DNA of 64,000 bases from Somniosus microcephalus (Eukaryota). Of this stretch, positions 52,027-62,154 are shown in pieces (within the stretch, counting starts at the first letter, position 1; each line of letters starts with the position of its first letter). The stretch covers positions 249,736,001 to 249,800,000 of the forward strand of contig CM126207.1 in the NCBI GenBank assembly GCA_052327205.1. The letters run 5' to 3'. Position numbers and translations under genes: made by a program. The notes under the pieces are model-generated. The model had not been told where the DNA came from. It searched no databases and saw only the letters and a program-made list of their open reading frames with translations.

Positions 52027-52771
52027 TACTGCAGGCCTCCCTCCCCTCATTAAAGGGGCAGGGCCTTGCACAGCGCGAACCAGGGCCATGCTGGGCCACC
52101 AGGGTGCAGGGTGCCAGTAAAAGAGCCCGGCACACAAGAAGAGTGCCAGGCTGACGGATCGCGGCTGGCACCCCGCGGCAGGAGGGCAGAGGGGGTAGGT
52201 GCTGGCAGGCAGCCCACAAAAAAATGGCCGCCCGGCACCTCCCCTTTAAATACTACCACCCCGGCCGCAAGTACGCCCTCCTGACCCTGTCGGACATAGC
52301 ATCTGGTGGTACGTCGGGGGGGGGGGGGGGAAACGACCCAAGTTTGCGAGCGGGGTGCTGCGCACGGCGATGACATCATCGCGCGGGGCGTCACCGCCGC
52401 GGCGAACCTCCCGCTGAATTTCGTGGGAGGCGTTAGAGGCGCCACGCCGCGCCTGGGCACTAGTTGCTTTGCACCCCTTCTACACACTGCTGCAAAAATG
52501 ATTTGATAGTGAAATGTGTGTGTTCGTGCCATAAAATTTTCCTGAGCCAATACAAATATTTTTAGAATGCCAGAGTTATATACAAGGTCTAAGGAGAAAA
52601 CAGCTTTTAACAGTTAAGTCAGTTAAGTAAATCCATAGGATTGACCCCCCAAAAAAACAGCAACTAAGGCCATTGTAAACCACTCACCCACCTAAGTCAA
52701 AATTTTCGTAATTATGCATTGTAAATGGTGATGGGGCATAGGACAGCATTCCCCAGACAAAATAATAAACC

Positions 52772-52952
52772 TCCGTGGAGAGAGAAATAGAGTCAACGTT
52801 TCAGGTCGAAACCCTTCCACAGTTCTGTAGAAGGGTTTCGACCCGAAACGTTGACTCTATTTCTCTCTCCACGGATGTAGCCTGGCCTGCTGAGTTTTTC
52901 CAGCATTTTCTGTTGTTATTTCGGATTTCCAGCATCCGCAGTATTTTGCTAT
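52772..52952 (+). mobile_element. Penelope-like element end (inverted partial pLTR) with minimal-hammerhead-like motif
   Basis: 51-bp inverted arms 52772-52822 / 52825-52875; CTGTAGA-A-GGGT-TTCG-ACCC-GAAACGTT; 15-bp TSD CAAAATAATAAACCT (52758-52772, 52953-52967). Confidence 0.8.
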
Positions 52953-53547
52953 CAAAATAATAAACCTGTACTCTTAGGCAGCATTATTATATTCCCTTGG
53001 TGCTTCAAAGGCCCTGCATCGCTACTGATAACTGTGCATGTTGAGAGTCATGGTTTCAACATTTTGACTATTCTACCAATAGCTTATTGCTGCAGTAACA
53101 CTGGAATACCAGCTAGCTGTGTATGCTAAATAAATGCTTCCATTGATTAAATAACTTGAATGCTTTTACATTCATTTTATTGAATGATATGCATCTCATT
53201 TAATCCAAATAGCATTTTGACGGTGTTCTTGAGAATGCTTCCATTTTGTTTCTGTGTGGAGTGGTTTCTTAGTTTTTTACTGAAAAGTGTCAGAAAAACT
53301 GTGAAGGTACACTACACCACAAAATTCAACTGAGCTTGAAAGTTTACAAATAGGGGCTTCATGTGCTTACAGCGGTTGGTGAGGTAATGCACTTTATAGA
53401 CTCTTGTGCATGGGTCTGCTTTATATTATTCTGTTTACAAGTGGAACAAAAATTATCCATTTACTGTTGTGGTAGTAGACGGATATACTCAGTTTTTGTG
53501 AAGTATAAACACTGAAATGTGGGCACATTGATTTGTTTAAATATATT

Positions 53548-55039
53548 GGGCTGGATTTTCCCATCTCCCACCCGCACGGTACAGGGGGACCCGGGAGATG
53601 GCAGTAAACCTGGAGGTTCAGGTTTCCCAGCACGCTGTGGAGTTTTAACTACACAGAGTGCATGCGACACAAAGGGGTCAATTTTCAGTGTGCCGTGAGG
53701 CGGGCTTTTAGGCGTGCAGGGGGCTAAAATCCCGAATTCGGGGGTCCCGACACCATCCCGCCCAAAACCCGCCTCCATGTAAGTTTCAAAGGAGGCGGGT
53801 ACCCGCCCCGCACTGGGACCCGCCGACTCGAGGCGGGAAGGGATTAGTGCCAATTAACTGCCTGTTAACAGGTAGTTAACAGGCAGTTTTTAGCCTAATC
53901 CCTATTTTGAAGGTTGTCGTGTGGGATTCCCGACAGCTCCAAACCTCGCCAGGTTAGAGGAGTCGGGCCGTCGGTTTGAAGGACTTGGAGGGGTCGAGAT
54001 GTCAGTGTTCAGGTGAGTGATGGGTGCATGAGTGCAAAGGTAAGTGTGTTTGGTGTGTCTAAAGTGTGTAAAGAAGATTAAATTACCTGTACTTACCTTT
54101 ACAGCCTTCCTTCCTCGAGGCTCCGGGAGTCCACCATTCAGCCGGCACTGAAAGCAGAATGGCCGCGAGCTGTCAAAAGTGACAGCCTGCAGCTTTCAGT
54201 GCCGGCGAGATTTCTAACTGAGTCTGCGTAGAAGGACTCAGGTTAGAAGTAAGACTGTCAGTGTTTCACAGCTTCAAGCAGCTGTGAAACACTGATATTT
54301 CATCTGTCAACACGTCTTGACAGATGAAATTTCAGTCTGTGACGTCACCTGTTGCCGGGTGGCCCTTAATTGGCCTGCTGAGCCCGTTGGGCGGGCTCAA
54401 CAAGGTCAATCAAGTGAAAATCGCGTGGATTAGCCGCATCTCGATGGAGACGGGACTACAACCCCGAAAGTTGTAGTCCCGCCTCCTGCCCGACTTCTGA
54501 ATGAAAATCCAGCCTGTAGGGTGGGTTCCCCGCCCGGAAATCAACTTCCAGTCATGCGGGGATCGCGGACAAGGAGGCCACAGGACCAGGTAGGTGCTGG
54601 GCCCAGGATGGTGGGGGTGGGGGTGTAAGCCTGGGGGCTCCCATCCCCCCGGGAGGGGTCCAATCCCCGACCCCAGGGAGGGTGCAGGCTGCTGGTGGGG
54701 GAGCTTGGGGGACTGGGAGGAAGCACTCCTGCTCCTCCCGGCCCACAAGGATTGCTTCCCGAGGCGGAGGCCGCCTCATTGCAGCTTCTGGGAATTCGAG
54801 CCCCAGGATCCCTAGCCGCCTGCAGTAAAACCTGCAAATCAGATAAGTGGAGGCTTCAGGCCTCATTGTGATATTTAAATTGCCAACCTGCTTCCTGGCA
54901 GCAGGTTGGCTGCTCACCCCCCACCCCCAACCTCCTCCATGGGCGGGTTGGGGTCAGGTTTTACATTTTTACAACTTTCACTTCCCCCCCTCCGCCCATG
55001 CCTCCACCCCTCCCGTTCTTTTCTGAGAAAATTCCAGCC
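53548..55039. mobile_element. Composite Harbinger-like non-autonomous element with probable nested element at 53674-54514
   Basis: Outer TIRs GGGCTGGATTTTC / GAAAATTCCAGCC; inner termini GGGGTCAATTTTCA (53674) / TGAAAATCCAGCC (54514); TSDs not clean. Confidence 0.65.
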
Positions 55040-55242
55040 AATGTGTCTTGAAAGTTGAGTTCTAAACTTATCCTTACATTTTCTTCCATCACCTTTCAGG
55101 TAAAAAAATATCCGCTCAGCAAGAGAATGCCAAGAGACCTGTGCTTCTCTTTTGCTAACCCACTAAGGTTTGTCTTCAAATTACAACAAAAATTAAATCA
55201 ACAGATCTTTTAGCATCCCCAGTTCCCCATAAAAAACACTGA

Positions 55243-55948
55243 GGCCGAGAAATTCAGTGGGCTGCATCACCCGTTAGCGCCTTAGGAGGGCACTTAGTGG
55301 GTTGGACGCCACTGCCCACGCCTCCCGCTAAATTTAGCGGTGCGCTAATGGCGGCGCTAGCCGTTAGCGCTGCGCCGCTACCAATGACGTCATCGGTGTG
55401 CGCAGCGCCCCGCTAACGAAATTTAGTAGCGCCCCCTGCTTTAACGCCAGTCGCTATTTGTGACCGGTTCAGGGGGGCCTACCTGCGGCGGTAGAGACGC
55501 TGAGGTGCGGGCAGCCATTTTTTTTGCTGGCCGCCTGCCAGCACCTCTCCGTGCTGCTGTCCCCGGCCTCCTGCGCCCCCCCCCCCCCCCCCACGGAGTG
55601 CCGGCTGTGTCCCAAGAGCCCGGCACTTCTCCTCGGTGCCGGGCTCTTTTGCCGGCACTCGCGATCGTCGCCCGCGCTGCAGCAGGCCCCTCCCCTTTAA
55701 GAAGGGGAGGAAGGCCTGCAGTACCGCAGCGCGCCGTGCCGCAGCGTGTGGCGCTGCGGCACGTTGCACTGTGATCTTCAGCTGCAGCGGCCCAAGAGGG
55801 ATGCAGGGCACCTTGAGTAGCGCCGCGCTTCCCTCTGGGGCGCTGAAACTGAATTTGCGGCGGGCGGCTGCGACTACTTCCGGGGCGGTACTTCCAGCGC
55901 CCAGGCGAGGCTGGCGCCCCAAACGGGGTGCCACTGAATTTCTAGGCC
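55243..55948. mobile_element. PIF/Harbinger-type MITE, well preserved
   Basis: 18-bp TIRs GGCCGAGAAATTCAGTGG / CCACTGAATTTCTAGGCC (1 mismatch); 3-bp TSD TGA (55240-55242, 55949-55951); CpG-rich. Confidence 0.9.
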
Positions 55949-56721
55949 TGAAGGTTTTTCACTAAACTTTTGACTATAGTTATGTTAAGGATCTACTTTA
56001 AAATGTAACTTTTCAGTGCAACTGCCTGGCTGCCATGTTCTTTTATTATTTTTTTAAAGAAAGGATTCATTTAAACAATTTTTGAAAGATATAGCCAACG
56101 TCTCAAGTTTTACAAGCAAACAATAAAACCATGGGGCCAATTCTTCACTGCCTACCGCCCCGTTATTTGGCATGATTTTCGTAGCAAGATGAAATTCGCA
56201 AACAGAAAAACCCAGAATTCCTGCTGGAGGTCTGCTCGGTGTGGTTTTCAAGTGGGCCTCGAGCTAGGTGGCCAGCACTCCTGGTGGAGACAGGAAAGAG
56301 CCGAATAAATAGATTTAAATTAGGGTCCCGTGATGTGATGGAACTCAGACACCAATATTGTGTGAGTCAACATTACCACCACTGCTTCCTGAACCCTTTC
56401 ACAGATCATGGGCGGTACAGGGTGGGGAAATGGACACGAAATGTAAATCGACACTCGCCTGCTCTAATTTAAATTGCGAAAAATATTTGGCAGACCTCAT
56501 GCTTGTATTTCACAGTCATTTTTGGACGCAGTATCACTTTATTTCTTTGCTTATAACGGTTGGACAACCTTCAAGAAACTTAAAGGGATACTGGCGATGT
56601 TCTTTTCCTGAAAATGGGAATCCTTTTTGCCATTCCGTTCTGTCTGGAGGAAGAAGAGCAGCAGCAACTGGTGGAAGGGCCACATGGCGCTGCAGCTGCA
56701 AGGAAAGCATATCTCCCGGGA

Positions 56722-56933
56722 GAAAGCAGTCTCTTCGCCGGAAGCCAAGCGCAGGCAGCGCAAGGAGCGCACATCAACCCAAACACCCCACCCACCCGCC
56801 CCTTCAACCACCGTCTGCCCCACCTGTGACAGAGTCTGTAGGTCCCGCATTGGACTCATCAGTCACCTGAGAACTCATTTTTAATGTGGAAGCAAGTCAT
56901 CCTCGGTTCCGAGGGAATGCCTAAGAAGAAGAG
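56722..56933 (+). mobile_element. RTE-clade LINE 3' end nested in Harbinger
   Basis: EAKRRQRKER...TVCPTCDRVCRSRIGLISHLRTH* (C-terminal C2H2-type motif), short 3' UTR, (AAG)n tail. Confidence 0.8.
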
Positions 56934-56989
56934 ATATAGGAGGAAGAGGAGCTTACAGAAATCCTGACTTTTCTCATGGGTGTAAAGGC

Positions 56990-57260
56990 TCAGAGTTACA
57001 GACATGCACTTCCCAGAAAAGCAGTATATAAGGGGCCTGCGCTTCTCCAGGCAGATTATCACAGGCCTATGTCGCTCCCTGCAACAAGACCTGCAACCCG
57101 TTGCCAGAGCTGGCACTACATTGCCTGCTGCAGTCAAGGTTGCCATGGCTCTCAACTTCTTTGCCTCCAGCTCTTTCCAGCGTACAGCAGAGGATATCAG
57201 CAGCAACATCAGTCAGTCTGCAGTTCATGCTGGCATTAAGCAGGTGACTAATGCCATGAA
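56990..57260 (+). pseudogene. Harbinger/HARBI1-like transposase N-terminal (HTH) fragment
   Basis: ORF 57004-57342: LRFSRQIITGLCRSLQQDLQP...LPAAVKVAMALNFFASSSFQ...ISQSAVH...VTNAM; the DDE domain is absent. Confidence 0.85.
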
Positions 57261-59229
57261 GAAGGCGTGGCAAAGTGTCCGTCGTGACTGGAGGCGTGGC
57301 TTGCGCAGTTGGGGAGGGAAGGATTGGTCGTGCTGGGAGTAAAGTTGCAGGTTCGAATTCAGAACGAGAGAGATGTGAAAAGGAATCAAACCTTGGCCGG
57401 GCATTAAACATTTTCCGGCACCACAGCCAGGTCCTGGAGCATCACCACTCTTCATGCATTCTGGCTTATTTGTCATGGCACCTGTCTGCTGTCTGAAAGA
57501 AACAGAACCTCTTTCCTGGTGCTTCACAAACACACTTTACGCGGACAACTAATGAAAACTACGCCTCCCCTTTAAAAAGTGCAGTCTGGCTTTGAAAAAT
57601 GGCCAGCCTGCCAGAATTCCTGACCTCCCAAAGAGCAAACTGTCTATAAGTAGCACGATTAGCACTGGTAGTTCACCAGTCACATTGCAATGAAGCCTGA
57701 TCACAAAAATGGACTGCATCCCCCACTGATATGGACAGAGCGAATGCACAGATGCCCACCACCTGCCTGTTCTGTACCAGAAATGAAATTCAACCCCGAT
57801 AACTACATTAAAGGCTAAAGTTTGGTGGCAGCAATGATGAACTCCCTATACCTATATTTTAATTTGGTTAGAATTATCACCGACCCTTTGATACAGACAA
57901 AAAAAAAAAATCAAAAAAAAGAAACTTGCACAAAATATATATGCCTCTTAATGTGTGACAGTGTCCCGCAGGATTTTTTTTTAACCTACTTTATTGCTTT
58001 CCTTTAGTGCCTTGACCAATAGTTCACATTCATTTCTTCTCATACAAAGGAGTGATAATTTATTGATATTGAAGGAAAGATTAAGTTCTAATTCATTCTC
58101 CATAGAAAACTAATAACGGGTAGTCCCTTCCACAGAGCAACATAAAAGATTCCAATAATTACAAGTCAAAATGTTGGTGACTGCTAGAAAATGATGTGAA
58201 AGGCATCAAACATCTTGCTGTGAACAGTAAAGATAAAATGAAGCCCGTCTCTTATACTACCTTCAAGGTGAAATTAATAATTAATTGGTAAAGCACGAAC
58301 ATGGAATGATTGCTATCAATATTTTAATACTTTTACTGTTAATTTCATTCACCCCATCACGTTTTGTCTAGAGAAAGGCTAATGTGATTTATGCATTTAA
58401 AAGGGGTGACCCTCTTAAATATATTTCCAGCACAAGATATATAACTCATTCCCTCTGTATAGAATTGAGATTTTTTATTTATTTATTTTATTTTATTTTT
58501 TTAAATGTTGCCAACACGCTTTTCTTGGAAGCAGAAAAAATAATGAGCTCCTGAAAAGAAACTGAAAAATTCCTTGCAGTTACAATAGCTTTAGCTTAAA
58601 ATAACGTGTTTGTTTAGAGTTTTGCAGGTAACTGTGCCTACCTGCTGCTCAGATCACCCACCTCTTGGTGGTGGAAATCCCTAATAATGTCAATACATAA
58701 CAAACTCAGGGAAAAAAATGAATAAAAGTATTTAATTTGATACAAAGTTACATACAATCCCATATACCCTGTGGATATGCCCAAATATTTCCTGGGCTGA
58801 TTAAATGTACCTACTGTACTGTGTCCCACTATTGTCCCAGTGTGCAACTTGCATGAGGCCAGACTTACCAAATGATGCATCCTTTTCCTATTCGTTCAAA
58901 AAAATCTCCTTTCATTAATTTGCACCAGTTTGGTACACATTCCTCCCTAATGCTTGTTGTCTGTGCCTCTATGGCACACCAACACTCTTGCAAGCAAGCA
59001 AAGACTACACCGGCAATTTTAAATTCAAGGTACACAGTAGGCATACTCACATACCATGGGGTAGACTCTTTCCCCGCCCCACCACGTGCAGTTTTCGGGC
59101 AGCCAATTGGTGGAGCACGCTGACCGCTGCCCGATAGTTACGGTGGAAGGCTCGGTCCATTTTGAGGGCTGGGTCTTATTAACGTACAGACAGTGGGTTA
59201 CGGGTGGAAAACGAGAACCCCGGGGCAGT

Positions 59230-59528
59230 ACACTGGCTTCGGCCACTGCAATATCGTGTGGCCCGGCAGGCCTCTGAGCCTGGAATATGTTGGTTTGTGG
59301 GGGTGAACACCATGTTGCTTTTGTGGAGCCCATATGAGCACTCGAGCTCCTCCCCATCTATCCACTGGCGTTTTCCTCACGTCATGTCCATGTCTGTTGT
59401 AGATTAATTGATAGAGATTGATTGCTATGATTAGTCAACAACTCCATTATTGTTGTATCATGCGACTACCAGGGTGGTAGAAGGTGAACTAGATGGGCCT
59501 TCGTCATTCTTACGTTCCTACGTTTCTA
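59230..59528 (+). mobile_element. 3' UTR of a CR1-type retroposon
   Basis: Ends GGTGAACTAGATGGGCCTT...CTTACGTTCCTACGTTTCTA, a CR1-like 8-nt tail repeat. Confidence 0.55.
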
Positions 59529-59529
59529 T

Positions 59530-60607
59530 CTGGAAATCTCCCTTAACCGGCAAAATTCAGGAGTAGGTTCAGGTAAGTTTTACTATATATTAGTGGCCGT
59601 GTAACCGGGGCTCCTGGATCTGTGGCCATCCTGGAGGGAGTGCAGCGAAGATTCACCAGGCTGATACCTGGGATGGCAGGAATGACGTATGAGGAGAGAT
59701 TGTGTCGATTGGGCTTATATTCGCTGGAGTTTAGAAGATTGAGAGGGGATCTCATCGAAACCTATAAAATTCTGTCAGGTCTGGACAGACTAGAAGGTAA
59801 GCATGCAGGTGCAGCAGGCGGTTAAGAAGGCAAATGGTATGTTGGCCTTCGTAGCAAGAGGGTTCAAGTACAGGAACAAGGATGTCTTGCTACAGTTGTA
59901 CAGGGCCTTGGTGAGACCGCACCTTGAGTATTGTGTGCAGTTTTGGTCACCTTACCTGAGGAAGGACGTTCTTGCCATGGAGGGAGTGCAGCGAAGATTC
60001 ACCAGGCTGATACCTGGGATGGCAGGAATGATGTATGAGGAGAGATTGTGTAGATTGGGCTTATACTCACTGGAGTTTAGAAGATTGAGAGGGGATCTCA
60101 TCGAAACCTATAAAATTCTGTCAGGTCTGGACAGACTAGATGCAGGAAGGATGTTTCGGACGGCCGGGGAGTCCAGAACCAGGGGTCATAGTCTAAGGAT
60201 AAGGAGTAAGCCATTTAGGACTGAAATGAGGAGGAACTTCTTCACCCAGAGAGTGGTGAACCTGTGGAATTCTCTGCCACAGAGGGCGGTGGAGGCCAGT
60301 TCATTAAATATATTCAAGAAAGAGTTGGATATATTTCTTGAGGCTAAAGGGATCAAGGGATATGGGGAGAAGGCAGGGACAGGGTACTGAATTTGGATGA
60401 TCAGCCATGATCTCATTGAATGGCGGAGCAGGCTCGAAGGGCCGAATGGCCTACTCCTGCTCCTATCTTCTATGTTTCTATGTAACCGGGGCTCCTGCAC
60501 AAGTGCCGTGTAACCGGGCCTCCTGCACCTGTGGCTGTGTACGGGGCTCTCGTACCTTGGTAAGTACACCTCTCTGTAATCCGGACCAGATAAAAAAGAG
60601 TTTCCTG
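59530..60607. mobile_element. Tigger-like MITE related to 4845-5381, hosting a CR1 insertion
   Basis: Right end AGAGTTTCCTG+TA identical to the 5371-5383 end; degenerate left end CTGGAAATCTC...AACCGGCA; internal CCGTGTAACCGGG sub-repeats. Confidence 0.6.
59617..60480 (+). mobile_element. Young CR1 3' end with a 163-bp duplicated segment at its 5' end
   Basis: Uninterrupted ORF 59803-60390; 17-bp TSD TGTAACCGGGGCTCCTG (59600-59616, 60481-60497). Confidence 0.93.
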
Positions 60608-61258
60608 TACAATGGCTCCGATACCATATGCCCGACTACTTGAGACACCTTTCTTAAACATCCATATACACTAATGTTTTGCATTTCCTTTAACTATCCA
60701 ATTGTTCACTTGCTCAAGGAAAAATTTAAATTTGTCAACATGATTTGTCTGCAACAAATCCATGTTGGCTGTCCTTAATTAACCCATGCATTTCTAAATG
60801 TTCGCTAATTTTATCTCAAATTATGGATTCGAATAGCTTGCCCACAACTGATGTTAGACTAACTTACCCAGTTTATTCTTTTCTCCTTTCTTGACAAAAC
60901 TATCTCCAGCCCATTAGCATAATTTGATTAGTTAATGAGGTTTGAAAAATTATAACCAAACCCTCCACTACCTCCTTTCAACAGTCTAGGATACATGCCA
61001 TCAAGGCTTGGTGACTCAACAACCTTGAGGTCTACTAGTTTTTCAGAACCAATTCCTTTCCCACAGCTCTTTCTGACAATTGATTACTATCCTCTTCTGT
61101 ATGCTGACAATCCCACTTCCAACATCATTTGCAAAAACCAATGCAAAATATTTAATATCTCCACTAAACCTTCATCACTGACCAGCCCTACCCTCTCAAG
61201 GCATTATTTTGCTATTTATATACTTATATAAAAGCACTTAGTGTTTCTTTTTATATTC

Positions 61259-62039
61259 CCAGAAATTCGGGTCTCCACGGGTGAGTACGCACGGGGTACT
61301 CGTGTGTGGGCCCGATGGAAGAGCCGGTTTTCTGCATGCACTGCGCATGTGTGGGAAACCGGCACTTCCGTTCCTCTGAACGAAGGGGTTCAGAGGTCGA
61401 ACGCGTGCGCGGGGGAGTCTGCGCGTGCGCTTTGAACTTACATTTTTTTCCTTTTTTTTAAATTTTTTAACAGGTTTCTCCGGGAGGGTAAGTCTTTCGA
61501 ATTTAGAAATGTAAAAAGCAGGCGTAAGGCCTGCTTTTTACAAGGTAAGTGGTCAGTTAATTAAAATTAAAACATTTTTTCCACAGGTTTATTATTTTTA
61601 AATACTTTAAAGCAAGGTAAGTTTATTTTTAGCCCCGTTAGAATATAAAATTATTTTTTTCAAAAATTTAAATTATTGTTTAAAATAGTTATTTAATGTA
61701 ATTTATAATTTATTTAAAAAGTGTGATTTAAAAAAAAAATTATTTGAAGGTTTACTGCTATTTTGGGCCCATAGTATTTATAAGTCTTGACAGGTCTTCC
61801 TGTCAAGACTTATGAATGGGCTTTTCCCTCCTCCGATTGGCTGCCCATGGCCCACGTGATCCCAGGGGACGCATCGAACTAACTGCACCCCTGGGACACG
61901 CAAGCACTGTGCGCCGGCAGCTGGGCCAGGCATCGGATCGGAATTCCACGGGGCCCTGCAGCTCAACTGCCGGCGCGCAAGGTAAGTGCAGGTCGGGGGC
62001 TTGCACCCGCGGGAAGCCCCCAACCCGAATTTCTGGACC
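61259..62039. mobile_element. Harbinger-type MITE with internal hairpins and multiple splice signals
   Basis: TIR CCAGAAATTCGGGT / ACCCGAATTTCTGG(ACC); interrupts the old CR1 reading frame. Confidence 0.8.
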
Positions 62040-62154
62040 ATCTGCTAGCCTTTTTTCATATTCCCTTTTAGCCCTTCTAATCTTCTTCACCTCTCTGCTA
62101 AACTTTCCATATTCCTCATGATTAACTTTAGTATTGTTAGCTCTAACTTTATCA

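Larger units (their letters stand above)
50302..52478. mobile_element. Harbinger-type MITE split by nested CR1s (50302-50494 and 52027-52478)
   Basis: Starts GGGGGAAAATTG after TTA; the halves join as GGTAC^TGCAGGCC as in the 55243 copy (TAC duplicated); ends GCACCCC. Confidence 0.75.
56133..57797 (+). mobile_element. Internally deleted PIF/Harbinger transposon
   Basis: Termini GGGGCCAATTCTTCA / TGAAATTCAACCCC; contains the transposase N-terminal fragment. Confidence 0.7.

Noticed and set aside
54141-54486. Hairpin array as CRISPR array, attC cassette array or known miRNA cluster
   Set aside because: Stems are unrelated in sequence (no repeat-spacer pattern), the context is a vertebrate transposon, and I recognise no mature miRNA; most stems are shorter than pre-miRNAs
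52050-56000. Many overlapping Pro/Arg/Gly-rich ORFs
   Set aside because: Expected from stop-poor GC-rich MITE sequence; no recognisable domain
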